A DNA stretch of 11,851 nt from Armatimonadota bacterium (GCA_052386995.1 JBQTJP010000267.1:1-11851), one strand, 5' to 3'. Positions 1 through 7,611 are shown, counted from the stretch's first letter. Numbers and translations are program-made. Notes: a model not told the origin generated them from the sequence alone.

Positions 1-150
1 CAGGCCCAAACACAATGACCGGGTTTGCCCGCAGCCCGAGCCCCTGCCATGCTGCGTAACCCACCTGTCGACGTCCGCCCGGCGGCCCACCGTGGCCGGA
101 CCGGCCTGCACACCCAGCAACTCACCGGTCGCAGCCGCCGGACCCAGGCT
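1..150 (-). other. Structured non-coding segment, candidate left non-coding end of an IS110-family element (continues beyond the window edge)
   Basis: No credible minus-strand gene. Complementary pairs at 125-130/17-22, 103-108/1-6, 97-101/73-77, 94-98/83-87 and 51-55/31-35. The motif order GGCTGCG..GAGTTG..GGGTGT..GGTTAC..CATGGCA..CAAA..ATTGTGT resembles, from recollection only, leaders upstream of IS110 recombinases. No transposase is visible in the window. Confidence 0.35.
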
Positions 151-274
151 CCGCGGCATCGATCGTCACGGTGGATGGTGCCTGTGCAGAGACCGGCAGG
201 AGCGCGCCGGATGAAGTGGCGCGCGCTACGAGGACCAGCCCTATCTGGAGTCGCCGACGCGCGTCAATCGCCAA
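122..274 (-). pseudogene. Possible truncated N-terminus of a secreted protein (signal-peptide-like)
   Basis: TTG at 274-272 overlaps the HIT gene end. It reads MAIDARRRLQIGLVLVARATSSGALLPVSAQAPSTVTIDAA, i.e. a basic N-region, an imperfect hydrophobic region and a VSA/AQA cleavage-like motif, and stops after about 50 codons. Confidence 0.3.
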
Positions 275-764
275 AGGGCTCGGACAGCCCGGCGAGCACC
301 GTGGCCAGCCGGTCGTAGGTGTTTGCCAGATGCTCCGGCATGACCTTGACATCCCCAATCACCGGCATGAAGTTCGTGTCGCCGACCCACCGAGGTACGA
401 CGTGGATGTGCAGGTGGTCATCGATGCCCGCCCCGGCCGCGCGACCGAGGTTCATCCCGATGTTGAACCCCTCTGGGCGTGAGGCCCGTTCCAAGACACG
501 GACCGCGAGCGCGGCCAGACGCATCAAGGCCTCGTGTTCCTGAGGCGAGAGGCCATCCAGCCGGGCCACGTGCCGGTTGGGCACGACCATCAGATGGCCG
601 CTGTTGTAAGGAAAGCGATTGAGGATGAGAAACCCGAGGTCGGCCCGGTGAAGGACCAGCGTGGCCCGATCATCGCCGGAGGCCAGCGCCTCGCAGAACA
701 CGCAGCCTTCGACCTTCGGCCCGGCCACGTAGGCCAGCCGCCAGGGCGCCCAGAGGTGCTTCAC
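264..764 (-). CDS. HIT (histidine triad) family nucleotide hydrolase, Ap4A hydrolase/phosphorylase-like, 166 aa
   Basis: LWAPWR N-terminus, CVFC, NRFPYNSGHLMVVP, NIGMNLG..AGAG and the HLHIH triad. The GTG start at 764 overlaps the rnc TGA (GTGA). The longer 252-aa ORF call is an upstream extension into rnc. Confidence 0.93.
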   Translation of the reverse strand: MKHLWAPWRLAYVAGPKVEGCVFCEALASGDDRATLVLHRADLGFLILNRFPYNSGHLMVVPNRHVARLDGLSPQEHEALMRLAALAVRVLERASRPEGFNIGMNLGRAAGAGIDDHLHIHVVPRWVGDTNFMPVIGDVKVMPEHLANTYDRLATVLAGLSEPFGD

Positions 765-1549
765 TGCTCGCTCCGCTCGACCCGCCCAAGCGCCGCAGAC
801 GCCGCGGCCTGCTCCGCTTCCTTCTTGCTCTTCCCGCGGCCTTCGCCCAGCGGCCGGCCGCTCACCTCCACGATGGCAAGGAACGTCCGCGCGTGGTCGG
901 GACCCTCTTCCTGGATAATCCGGTAGCGCGGCATCTGGCGGCGGCGCTGCAGGCGTTCCTGCAACCGGCTCTTGAAGTCTTCGCCAGCGCGCTCGATGTC
1001 GTCGGCGACGTCGCCGAGCCACCGCGTGACCATGGCGTGCGAGACTCCGTACCCGGAGTCGATGTACACGGCGCCGATGACGGCCTCAACCGCATCGGCC
1101 AGCATCGAGGGGCGCTGTCGTCCGCCCCCCTTCTCTTCCCCCTTGCCCAGCAGCAGGTAGCGCCCCAGCCCCAGCCGCACGGCGACCGACGCCAGCGCGG
1201 CCTCGTTGACCAGACCCGCCCGCTGCTTGGCCAGTCCCCCTTCGTTCAGCTCGGGATCGCGGCGGTAGAGATAATCTCCCACGACGAGGCTGAGGACCGC
1301 GTCGCCGAGAAACTCCAGGCGCTCGTAGCTCTTGGCCGGATCGCGACCGCGCTCGTGGCTGAACGAGCCGTGGCGCAGCGCCAGATCGAGCAGCGAGCGG
1401 TCGCGGAAACGCACTCCCAGGCGCTCCTCCAGCGTGGCGAGTTCTGACAGACGATCCTGAGAGAGGACTTCGCCGACCGCGCCGGTCTCGTCGGGTCCGG
1501 CGGCGGGCGAGGCACCGGCGGGACCGGTCGGCCGCTGCGGTCTAGGCAT
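761..1549 (-). CDS. rnc: Ribonuclease III, 262 aa
   Basis: Signature [24 protein letters not shown] and a C-terminal dsRNA-binding domain (DFKSRLQE...GPDH..F...[12 protein letters not shown]). ATG at 1549 overlaps the fabF stop by 8 nt. Confidence 0.97.
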   Translation of the reverse strand: MPRPQRPTGPAGASPAAGPDETGAVGEVLSQDRLSELATLEERLGVRFRDRSLLDLALRHGSFSHERGRDPAKSYERLEFLGDAVLSLVVGDYLYRRDPELNEGGLAKQRAGLVNEAALASVAVRLGLGRYLLLGKGEEKGGGRQRPSMLADAVEAVIGAVYIDSGYGVSHAMVTRWLGDVADDIERAGEDFKSRLQERLQRRRQMPRYRIIQEEGPDHARTFLAIVEVSGRPLGEGRGKSKKEAEQAAASAALGRVERSEQ

Positions 1550-2780
1550 AGGCTCTGAGAATGAGGATGGCGTTGTGCCCGCCGAAGCCAAAGGCGTTGG
1601 ACATGACGGTGCGCAGGCGCGCCTTGCGGGCGGTGTTGGGCACATAGTCCAGGTCGCAGTCGGGGTCGGGGACCTTGTAGTTGATTGTCGGGGGGATCGT
1701 CTGATGGCGGAGCGCGAGCGCGCAGGCGATGAGCTCGACCCCGCCGGCCGCCCCCAACAGGTGACCCATCATCGACTTCGTCGAACTGACTGCCAGACGC
1801 CGCGCGTGCTCGCCAAAGAGGCGCCTGATCGCCTGCGTCTCCAGACGATCGTTGTACGGTGTGCTCGTGCCGTGGGCGTTGATGTACTCGATCTCCTCTG
1901 GGGCGATCCCGGCGTCGTCTAGCGCCGCCGCCATGCTCCGGTAGGCCCCATCGCCCTCGGGGTCGGGCTGCGTGATGTGGTAGGCGTCGGACGTCACGCC
2001 GTATCCGATGATCTCGCCGTGAATCTCGGCACCGCGGGCCTCCGCGTGCTCGAGCGCCTCGAGCAGCACCACTCCGGCGCCTTCGCCCATGACGAACCCG
2101 TCGCGCGTAGCGTCAAACGGCCGCGACGCCTCCTGCGGATCGTCGTTGCGGGTCGACATCGCCTTCATCGAGCAGAACCCGGCGACGGAAAGCGCCGTAA
2201 TGGCGGCCTCGCTGCCGCCCGCGAGCATCGCGTCCACGTCGCCGCGCTCGATCATGCGGGCCGCGTCGCCAATCGCGTTCCCGCCCGTGGCGCACGCCGT
2301 CACCACGCAGGAGCACGGCCCCTTCGCGCCGAGAAGGATCGAGGTGACGCCGCTGGCCATATTCGTGATGATCATCGGTACGAAGAACGGCGAGACCCGA
2401 TCCGGGCCGCGCTCCATCAGCTGGCGGTGCTGGTCCTCCCACGTCGTCGCACCGCCGATGCCGGATCCGATCAGCACGCCGGTCCGCGCTGCGTTGGACG
2501 GCGTGATCGTGTAGCCACCGTCGTCGAGCGCCAGACGCGAGGCCGCGTATGCGAACTGCACGAAGCGATCGTTCCGCCTGGCCTCCTTGCGGTCCATGTA
2601 GGCCGTCGGATCGAAGTCGCGCACTTCGGCGGCGATCTGCGTGGCGAACCTCGAAGCATCGAACCGCGTGATGGGACCCACGGCAGAGGTCCCGCGGACG
2701 AGCGCCGACCAGAACGCCTGATGCCCTATCCCAAGAGGGCTGACAACGCCCAGGCCGGTCAGGACGACCCGTCGCTGCAT
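1542..2780 (-). CDS. fabF: 3-oxoacyl-ACP synthase II, 412 aa
   Basis: [15 protein letters not shown], catalytic Cys in TACATG, His in INAHGTST, His in GHLLGAAG and C-terminal [10 protein letters not shown]. Located immediately after acpP. Confidence 0.97.
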   Translation of the reverse strand: MQRRVVLTGLGVVSPLGIGHQAFWSALVRGTSAVGPITRFDASRFATQIAAEVRDFDPTAYMDRKEARRNDRFVQFAYAASRLALDDGGYTITPSNAARTGVLIGSGIGGATTWEDQHRQLMERGPDRVSPFFVPMIITNMASGVTSILLGAKGPCSCVVTACATGGNAIGDAARMIERGDVDAMLAGGSEAAITALSVAGFCSMKAMSTRNDDPQEASRPFDATRDGFVMGEGAGVVLLEALEHAEARGAEIHGEIIGYGVTSDAYHITQPDPEGDGAYRSMAAALDDAGIAPEEIEYINAHGTSTPYNDRLETQAIRRLFGEHARRLAVSSTKSMMGHLLGAAGGVELIACALALRHQTIPPTINYKVPDPDCDLDYVPNTARKARLRTVMSNAFGFGGHNAILILRAYA

Positions 2781-2805
2781 ACCTGCCTCAGGCGCCTGCG
2801 TGGCT

Positions 2806-3054
2806 CTACTGCGCCGATTCCTTGGCGTGGGCCTCGATGTACTTCACCGCGTCGCCGACGGTGACGATCTTCTCGGCCTGGTCGTCGGGGATCTCGACCC
2901 CAAACTCCTCTTCGAGCGCCATGACGAGCTCGACCACGTCGAGGGAGTCGGCGCCCAGGTCTTCCACGAACGACGACTCGCGCGTGATCGTGTCCTCCTC
3001 CACGCCGAGTTGATGTCCCACGCGCTGCTTGACTCGATCGAACACCGTTGCCAT
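2806..3054 (-). CDS. acpP: Acyl carrier protein, 82 aa
   Basis: [20 protein letters not shown] phosphopantetheine motif. GGAGGTG RBS at 3070-3064 lies 9 nt before the ATG at 3054. Confidence 0.97.
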   Translation of the reverse strand: MATVFDRVKQRVGHQLGVEEDTITRESSFVEDLGADSLDVVELVMALEEEFGVEIPDDQAEKIVTVGDAVKYIEAHAKESAQ

Positions 3055-3078
3055 GATTGCGTTCACCTCCACGTTGTG

Positions 3079-3120
3079 CGCGCGGCGACGGACCCGCTGT
3101 GCGGGTGCCCCCGCCGCGCG
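3079..3120 (-). promoter_or_regulatory. GC-rich stem-loop in the fabG-acpP intergenic region
   Basis: 3079-3087 CGCGCGGCG is the perfect reverse complement of 3112-3120. 3092-3097 ACCCGC pairs with 3101-3106 GCGGGT around a 3-nt loop. There is no U-tract. Confidence 0.6.
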
Positions 3121-3128
3121 ATGAGCGC

Positions 3129-3878
3129 TCAGTGCATAATCATACCGCCGTCGACGTGCAATATCTGCCCGGTGATGTACGCGGCCTCATCCGAGGCGAG
3201 GAACACCACGGCGGCGGCGATCTCGTCAACCGACCCGCGCCGGCCCAGGGGAATGTGATCCACTGATCGCTCGACGCCGTCGCCGTTCACGCGGACAGCG
3301 CCCGGGGCCACGGCGTTCACCGTGATCCCCCGCGATCCTACCTCACGCGCCACCGCTCGCGCCAGACCCAGCAGTCCCGCCCTGCCGGTTACGTACGCGG
3401 CGCCTCCGGCCGGAGACGCGCTCGTGGGCGCGGGCGCCGTGATGGCGATAATGCGGCCCCGCCGCTGCCGTACAAACTCGCGAAGCGCGGCGCGCATGCA
3501 GTAGAACGCGCCACTCAGGTTCGTCCCCACCACGGCCGTCCAGGCATCGTCGCGCATGGCCAGGACCGACTGGTCCGTCGTCACGCTCGTCATGACCAGA
3601 ATGTCCAGGCGCCCGAAGATCTCCGAAGCCGCGGCGACCACCGCGGCCGCTTCAGACGGCAGCGCGAGATTGCCTTGCACCGCCTGCGCGCGTCCACCGG
3701 AGGCCTGGATCGCGGCGACGACCGCTTCGGCCGCGGCCGCGTCGCGAGAGTGCTGCGCGATCACCGCAGCACCCTCATGGGCGAGCGCTGCAACGATGTG
3801 CGGACCGAGACCGCGTGATGCGCCTATGACGATGGCGACTTGATCGCGCAGCCGTTCCGCTGCGGGTCTCCTATCCAT
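3129..3878 (-). CDS. fabG: FabG-like short-chain dehydrogenase/reductase with degenerate catalytic motifs, 249 aa
   Basis: Syntenic position fabD-X-acpP. Shows [39 protein letters not shown] and [12 protein letters not shown]. However NNAG reads MTSV and YxxxK reads YVTGR. Confidence 0.8.
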   Translation of the reverse strand: MDRRPAAERLRDQVAIVIGASRGLGPHIVAALAHEGAAVIAQHSRDAAAAEAVVAAIQASGGRAQAVQGNLALPSEAAAVVAAASEIFGRLDILVMTSVTTDQSVLAMRDDAWTAVVGTNLSGAFYCMRAALREFVRQRRGRIIAITAPAPTSASPAGGAAYVTGRAGLLGLARAVAREVGSRGITVNAVAPGAVRVNGDGVERSVDHIPLGRRGSVDEIAAAVVFLASDEAAYITGQILHVDGGMIMH

Positions 3879-4827
3879 CGGGAGCCCGGCTCGCGGCCGC
3901 GGAGGCGGCCCGTAGATGCGTCACGACGGCATCCAGCGACTCCTGATTGTCGACAGACATCACCGCGGCATCGGGAACGGTCCGTCTGGCCAGGCCCGCC
4001 AGTGTCGTCCCTGGCCCCACTTCGAGGAAGACGGTCGCGCCGAGCCCGCGCAGCGTGTGGAGCGACTGCTCCCACCGCACCGGTGCGGCAACCTGTTCGA
4101 TGAGCGCGCCGCGAATCTCCTCCGGCCCCCCGACCGGCTGCGCCGACACGTTCGCAACGACGGGCATACGGGCAGGCGAGAACGCGACGCTTTTGAGCAC
4201 GAGGGCGAGCCGCTCGGCGGCCGGACGCATGAGCGAGGTGTGGAACGGCACGCTCACCGCGAGGCGTACCACCCGCCGGGCGCCAGCAGACCGCAGCCGC
4301 GCCTCCGCGGCATCGACGGCCGCGTCATCGCCTGCAATGACCGACTGGCCGGGCGCATTGAAGTTCGCGACCTCCACGAACCCCGGCGTGGCGCGGCAGA
4401 TCTCGATGACGGCATCCGAGGGGAGACCGAGCACCGCCGCCATGGCCACCGCGCGGCCGTCGGCCGCGTCCTGCATGAAGCGACCTCTCTGGCGCACGAT
4501 CCGTGCGGCGTCGGCAAAGGCGAGCGCACCCGCGGCGACGAGCGCCGTGTATTCTCCGAGGCTCAGCCCCGCCGCGAGTGCCGGCCGGATGCCGGCTGCG
4601 TCGAGCGTCGCGGCGATGGCCCAGCTGCACGCGAGGATCGCGGGCTGCGTATTCTCGGTCTGGCGAAGGCGGTCTTCCGGACCGTCGCGGCAGAGGCCGA
4701 GGAGATCGACGCCGGTCGCCTCACTTGCCTCCTCGAACGCCCGCCGCGCGACGGGATGGCGTTCGGCGAGGTCGACGCCCATGCCGACGTACTGGGCGCC
4801 CTGTCCGGGAAACATGAAGGCGATCAC
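3871..4827 (-). CDS. fabD: Malonyl-CoA:ACP transacylase, 318 aa
   Basis: AFMFPGQGAQ, TQPAI, nucleophile elbow GLSLGEY, RGRFMQ, ANFNAPGQ, VSVPFHT and EVGPG. GTG at 4827 overlaps the fabH TGA (GTGA). Confidence 0.96.
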   Translation of the reverse strand: MIAFMFPGQGAQYVGMGVDLAERHPVARRAFEEASEATGVDLLGLCRDGPEDRLRQTENTQPAILACSWAIAATLDAAGIRPALAAGLSLGEYTALVAAGALAFADAARIVRQRGRFMQDAADGRAVAMAAVLGLPSDAVIEICRATPGFVEVANFNAPGQSVIAGDDAAVDAAEARLRSAGARRVVRLAVSVPFHTSLMRPAAERLALVLKSVAFSPARMPVVANVSAQPVGGPEEIRGALIEQVAAPVRWEQSLHTLRGLGATVFLEVGPGTTLAGLARRTVPDAAVMSVDNQESLDAVVTHLRAASAAASRAPDG

Positions 4828-5858
4828 GGGTGCGCGCCTGCTGCCACCGCGGCTCCATTGGTCCACCGCATCGCCGCGGCCCCCCATGTCAGCCCACCGC
4901 CGAACGCCACGAAGGCAATCAGGTCACCCGCACGGATACGGCCCTGCTCGACCGCCTCGTAGAGCGCCACCGGCACCGATGCTGACGACGTGTTCCCGTA
5001 CCGATCGACATTGACGAAGAATCGATCGAGGGGCTGCCCCAGTCGTTTTGCCGCGGCCTCGATGATACGAAGGTTGGCCTGATGAGGGATGAAGCAATCG
5101 ACGTCGTCGATGGTGTACCCGGCCTGGGCGACGACGGACTCGAGCGCCCGGGGAATGACCCGGACGGCGAATTTGTACACTTCCCGGCCGTTCATCTTGA
5201 TGTAATGCCCTCGGGCGGCCACGGACTCGGCGCTCGCCGGCATTCGAGATCCTCCAGCCGGCTGACAGATGAGCAGACCGCCGGCGCCGTCGGCACCAAG
5301 GTGAAAGGCGAGGAAGCCTTCGTCGGCGGCGCACGGCCGCAGGACAACGGCCGCCGCCGCGTCGCCGAAGAGCACACACGTCGCGCGGTCCGTCCAGTCG
5401 GTGATCCGCGACAGGGTCTCGGCCCCGATCACAAGCACGGTGTCCGCGCGCCCCGACGCGACGGCCGCGTGTCCGAGCGCTGCGGCGTAGGCCCAGCTGC
5501 TGCAGGCGGCCGATGCATCGAAGGCCCCGGCCCGCGTCGCTCCCAACCGGTCCTGCACCAGACAGGCCGTTGCCGGAAAGAGCATGTCGGGCGTGGCCGT
5601 GCCGACGAGGATCAGATCGAGGTCTCTGGCCGCGACTCCGGCACGGTGCAGGGCACGCTCGGCGGCCTCAACGGCGAGGTCCGAGGTCGCGACCGCATCG
5701 GCGGCCACGCGACGCTCCCGGATTCCCGTACGGGTCTGCACCCACTCATCGCTCGTGTCGACAAGCGCCTCGATCTCATGGTTGGTCATGATGCGCGGGG
5801 GGATGCTCAGTCCCATGCCCGCGATCGTCGACCCGCGACGCGTGAGTGAAGAAGCCAC
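4824..5858 (-). CDS. fabH: 3-oxoacyl-ACP synthase III, ~344 aa
   Basis: DTSDEWVQTRTGIRERR, catalytic Cys in AACS, LFGDAA, His in PHQAN, Asn in YGNTSSAS and FGGGLTW. The exact start codon is less certain. Confidence 0.96.
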   Translation of the reverse strand: MASSLTRRGSTIAGMGLSIPPRIMTNHEIEALVDTSDEWVQTRTGIRERRVAADAVATSDLAVEAAERALHRAGVAARDLDLILVGTATPDMLFPATACLVQDRLGATRAGAFDASAACSSWAYAAALGHAAVASGRADTVLVIGAETLSRITDWTDRATCVLFGDAAAAVVLRPCAADEGFLAFHLGADGAGGLLICQPAGGSRMPASAESVAARGHYIKMNGREVYKFAVRVIPRALESVVAQAGYTIDDVDCFIPHQANLRIIEAAAKRLGQPLDRFFVNVDRYGNTSSASVPVALYEAVEQGRIRAGDLIAFVAFGGGLTWGAAAMRWTNGAAVAAGAHP

Positions 5859-5867
5859 GGAAGAAGG

Positions 5868-6071
5868 TTAGGCTTCCCTTTTCTTCTTGGGGCGTGCGGT
5901 CTCGACGGCGATCACTTCTCGGCCCGCGTAGTAGCCGCACGACGGGCAGACACGATGTGGAACGATCCGCGCCTTGCACTGCGGGCACGTCACGAGGGTG
6001 ATCGGCGTCGCCTTCCACCGGCTGCGCCGGCGCGCGGTGCGCGCCCGTGAATGACGTCGCTTCTGAGCCAT
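5868..6071 (-). CDS. rpmF: 50S ribosomal protein bL32, zinc-binding (C+) type, 67 aa
   Basis: Basic N-terminus KRRHSRARTARRR and CPQC...PHRVCPSCGYY. Directly follows yceD. Confidence 0.96.
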   Translation of the reverse strand: MAQKRRHSRARTARRRSRWKATPITLVTCPQCKARIVPHRVCPSCGYYAGREVIAVETARPKKKREA

Positions 6072-6083
6072 CGCTGTCCCCCT

Positions 6084-6569
6084 CTACTGTGGATCCCGGC
6101 GCCAGCGCTTCAGCGGCGCCAGACGCGGATCAACGGCTTCATCGCGGCAGCTGCACGCCCCGCGTTCGGCGCCGCAGCGGTCGCACAGCCCTTTACAGGC
6201 CTCGTTGCACCTGGCCACCATAGGCAGGGCCAGGAGCAACTGCTCGCGGGCCAGGGCCTGCAGGTCGAGCGTGGTCGCGCCCCCCTCTATCACGATCGGG
6301 CCCTCGGTGCCCGTCCACTCGAGGTCTTCCATGACCCTTGCCTCGAGACGGTGCCGGAACGGCCTGGCGCATCGATCGCACGTCATCTCGACGTGCGTCA
6401 CCAGGCGGCCGTCCACGCGGAGCACGCTGCCAAGATTGGTCAGAACGAGCCGTCCCACGACCGGCTCGCCAAACGGCACCTCGGCGATCTGGCTGGGGAC
6501 GGTCTCGTCGCACGCCACGACCATCGTGGCGCCGCGCTCGTCTCGAAGGGGCCGCAGATCTACCGTCAT
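6084..6569 (-). CDS. yceD: YceD/DUF177 family protein (23S rRNA accumulation), 161 aa
   Basis: CDRC, LDL...REQLLLALPM, CxxxCKGLCxxCG and DPR motifs. Immediately upstream of rpmF, with a GGAGG RBS at 6583-6579. Confidence 0.92.
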   Translation of the reverse strand: MTVDLRPLRDERGATMVVACDETVPSQIAEVPFGEPVVGRLVLTNLGSVLRVDGRLVTHVEMTCDRCARPFRHRLEARVMEDLEWTGTEGPIVIEGGATTLDLQALAREQLLLALPMVARCNEACKGLCDRCGAERGACSCRDEAVDPRLAPLKRWRRDPQ

Positions 6570-6596
6570 GGCGCGCAGCCTCCGTCAGACTTTCCC

Positions 6597-6626
6597 ATTA
6601 TAGGGACGCCGTTTTTTGGGTGTCAA
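6597..6626 (-). promoter_or_regulatory. Sigma70/SigA promoter for yceD-rpmF-fab operon
   Basis: Minus strand reads TTGACA (6626-6621), an 18-nt spacer, then TATAAT (6602-6597). Both hexamers are perfect consensus in an otherwise very GC-rich sequence and lie in the intergenic gap. Confidence 0.9.
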
Positions 6627-6639
6627 CGAACGTGGCGGC

Positions 6640-7113
6640 CTATCCGCCGCGCCGCTCGGTCGTTTCCGTCGTGTGGAGCACCTCCCGGCCGCGACGGATC
6701 GCTGCCAGGACACGCTCCACTTCCGCCTCCAGGCGCTGGAGCACCTGCGCCGCATACTCGTCCGCGCCCCGCCGAAGGCGCTCGGCTTCGCGCCGTGCCT
6801 CATCAACGCCGGGTGGGCCCGCCGGCCTCAAAGGTCCGGACCCGGAGCGGCCCGCCTCTGAGAGGGATCGAGCATGGGCCTGGGCGTCGAGGATCAGCCG
6901 GCGCGCTTCTTCCCGCGCGCGTGCCAGCCCGGCTTCCGCTTCCTCCTGAAGACCCGCCGCATGGTGCAACTCCCTGGGCAGGGCGGTGCGAACCATGCGC
7001 ACCAGCCCCATGACCTCCGCCTCAACGGCCTGCCGCTGCGCCGGCGGGAGACGGCCCAGATGGCGCTGCAACACGCGCTCCAGGCGATCCAGAATCTCCA
7101 GCGCCGAATCCAC
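6640..7113 (-). CDS. Coiled-coil protein of the family found between coaD and yceD (SepIVA/DivIVA-like, often annotated 'ATPase' or 'ATP synthase b-like'), 157 aa
   Basis: LEILDRLE N-terminus, RTALPREL..A, AREEARRLI and ADEYA..VL..LE...GREVL. GTG start with GGAGG at 7125-7121. Conserved synteny in Terrabacteria. Confidence 0.75.
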   Translation of the reverse strand: MDSALEILDRLERVLQRHLGRLPPAQRQAVEAEVMGLVRMVRTALPRELHHAAGLQEEAEAGLARAREEARRLILDAQAHARSLSEAGRSGSGPLRPAGPPGVDEARREAERLRRGADEYAAQVLQRLEAEVERVLAAIRRGREVLHTTETTERRGG

Positions 7114-7116
7114 CCG

Positions 7117-7611
7117 TCAGCCTCCGGCCCCCACGGGCCATCGTACGCTGAGGCGGCGCGCAACGACCGGCGGCACGATGCTGTCGACCGAGCCGCCGAG
7201 GCTGGCGACTTCACGGATCAGCGAGGAGGAGATGAACGCGTACTCAGGATCGGCAATGAGCAGCAGCGTATCCAGGTCGGGCGCCAGCTTGCGGTTCATC
7301 GCGGACTGCTTCAACTCAAAATCGAAGTCCCCGACCGCCCGCAGACCTTTCACGATGCAGGTGGCGCCCCGCTTGCTCGCGTAGGCGACGGTCAGGCCGG
7401 TGTATGCCGCGACTTCCACGGTGGGCATTTCGGCGACGACGTCCTTGAGCATCGCAACGCGCTCCGAAAGCGAGAAGGCGCTGCGGCCCTTCTCGACGTT
7501 TTCGGCCACCGCCACGATCACACGGTCGAACAGCCGGGTCGTCCGGCGGATCACGTCGATATGCCCGTGGTGCACCGGATCGAAGGTCCCAGGATACACT
7601 GCGATGCGCAC
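7117..7611 (-). CDS. coaD: Phosphopantetheine adenylyltransferase, 164 aa
   Basis: IAVYPGTFDPVHHGH (HxGH), KGLRAVGDFDFE and ISSSLIREVA. Strong GGAGAGGAGG RBS before the GTG. Confidence 0.97.
   Translation of the reverse strand: MRIAVYPGTFDPVHHGHIDVIRRTTRLFDRVIVAVAENVEKGRSAFSLSERVAMLKDVVAEMPTVEVAAYTGLTVAYASKRGATCIVKGLRAVGDFDFELKQSAMNRKLAPDLDTLLLIADPEYAFISSSLIREVASLGGSVDSIVPPVVARRLSVRWPVGAGG

Noticed and set aside
87..174. 8-bp inverted match CCACCGTG (87-94) / CACGGTGG (167-174) as a bridge-RNA target guide
   Set aside because: An 8-bp GC-rich match can arise by chance, and it lies about 17 nt from the presumed junction. It cannot be supported without the element's boundaries.
765..1022. Long N-terminal extensions from the ORF track for HIT (also rnc to 1645, fabD to 4887, rsmD to 8541)
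   Set aside because: They overlap upstream genes extensively. Coupled starts at 764, 1549, 4827 and 8220 fit the family N-termini better.
3133..3161. Possible acpP promoter in the fabG 3' end (TTGCAC ... TATGAT/TATGCA)
   Set aside because: Spacing to TATGAT is only 11 nt and the 17-nt-spaced hexamer is poor. The sequence is explained by the conserved LHVDGGM coding motif.
4548..4575. FabD active site GLSLG instead of GHSLG
   Set aside because: The Leu variant is common in functional FabD from Bacillota. The catalytic Ser, Arg and His motifs are intact.
1542..5858. fab genes as a secondary-metabolite (type II PKS) cluster
   Set aside because: The canonical primary FAS II order with rpmF and rnc is present, with no chain-length factor, cyclases or tailoring enzymes.
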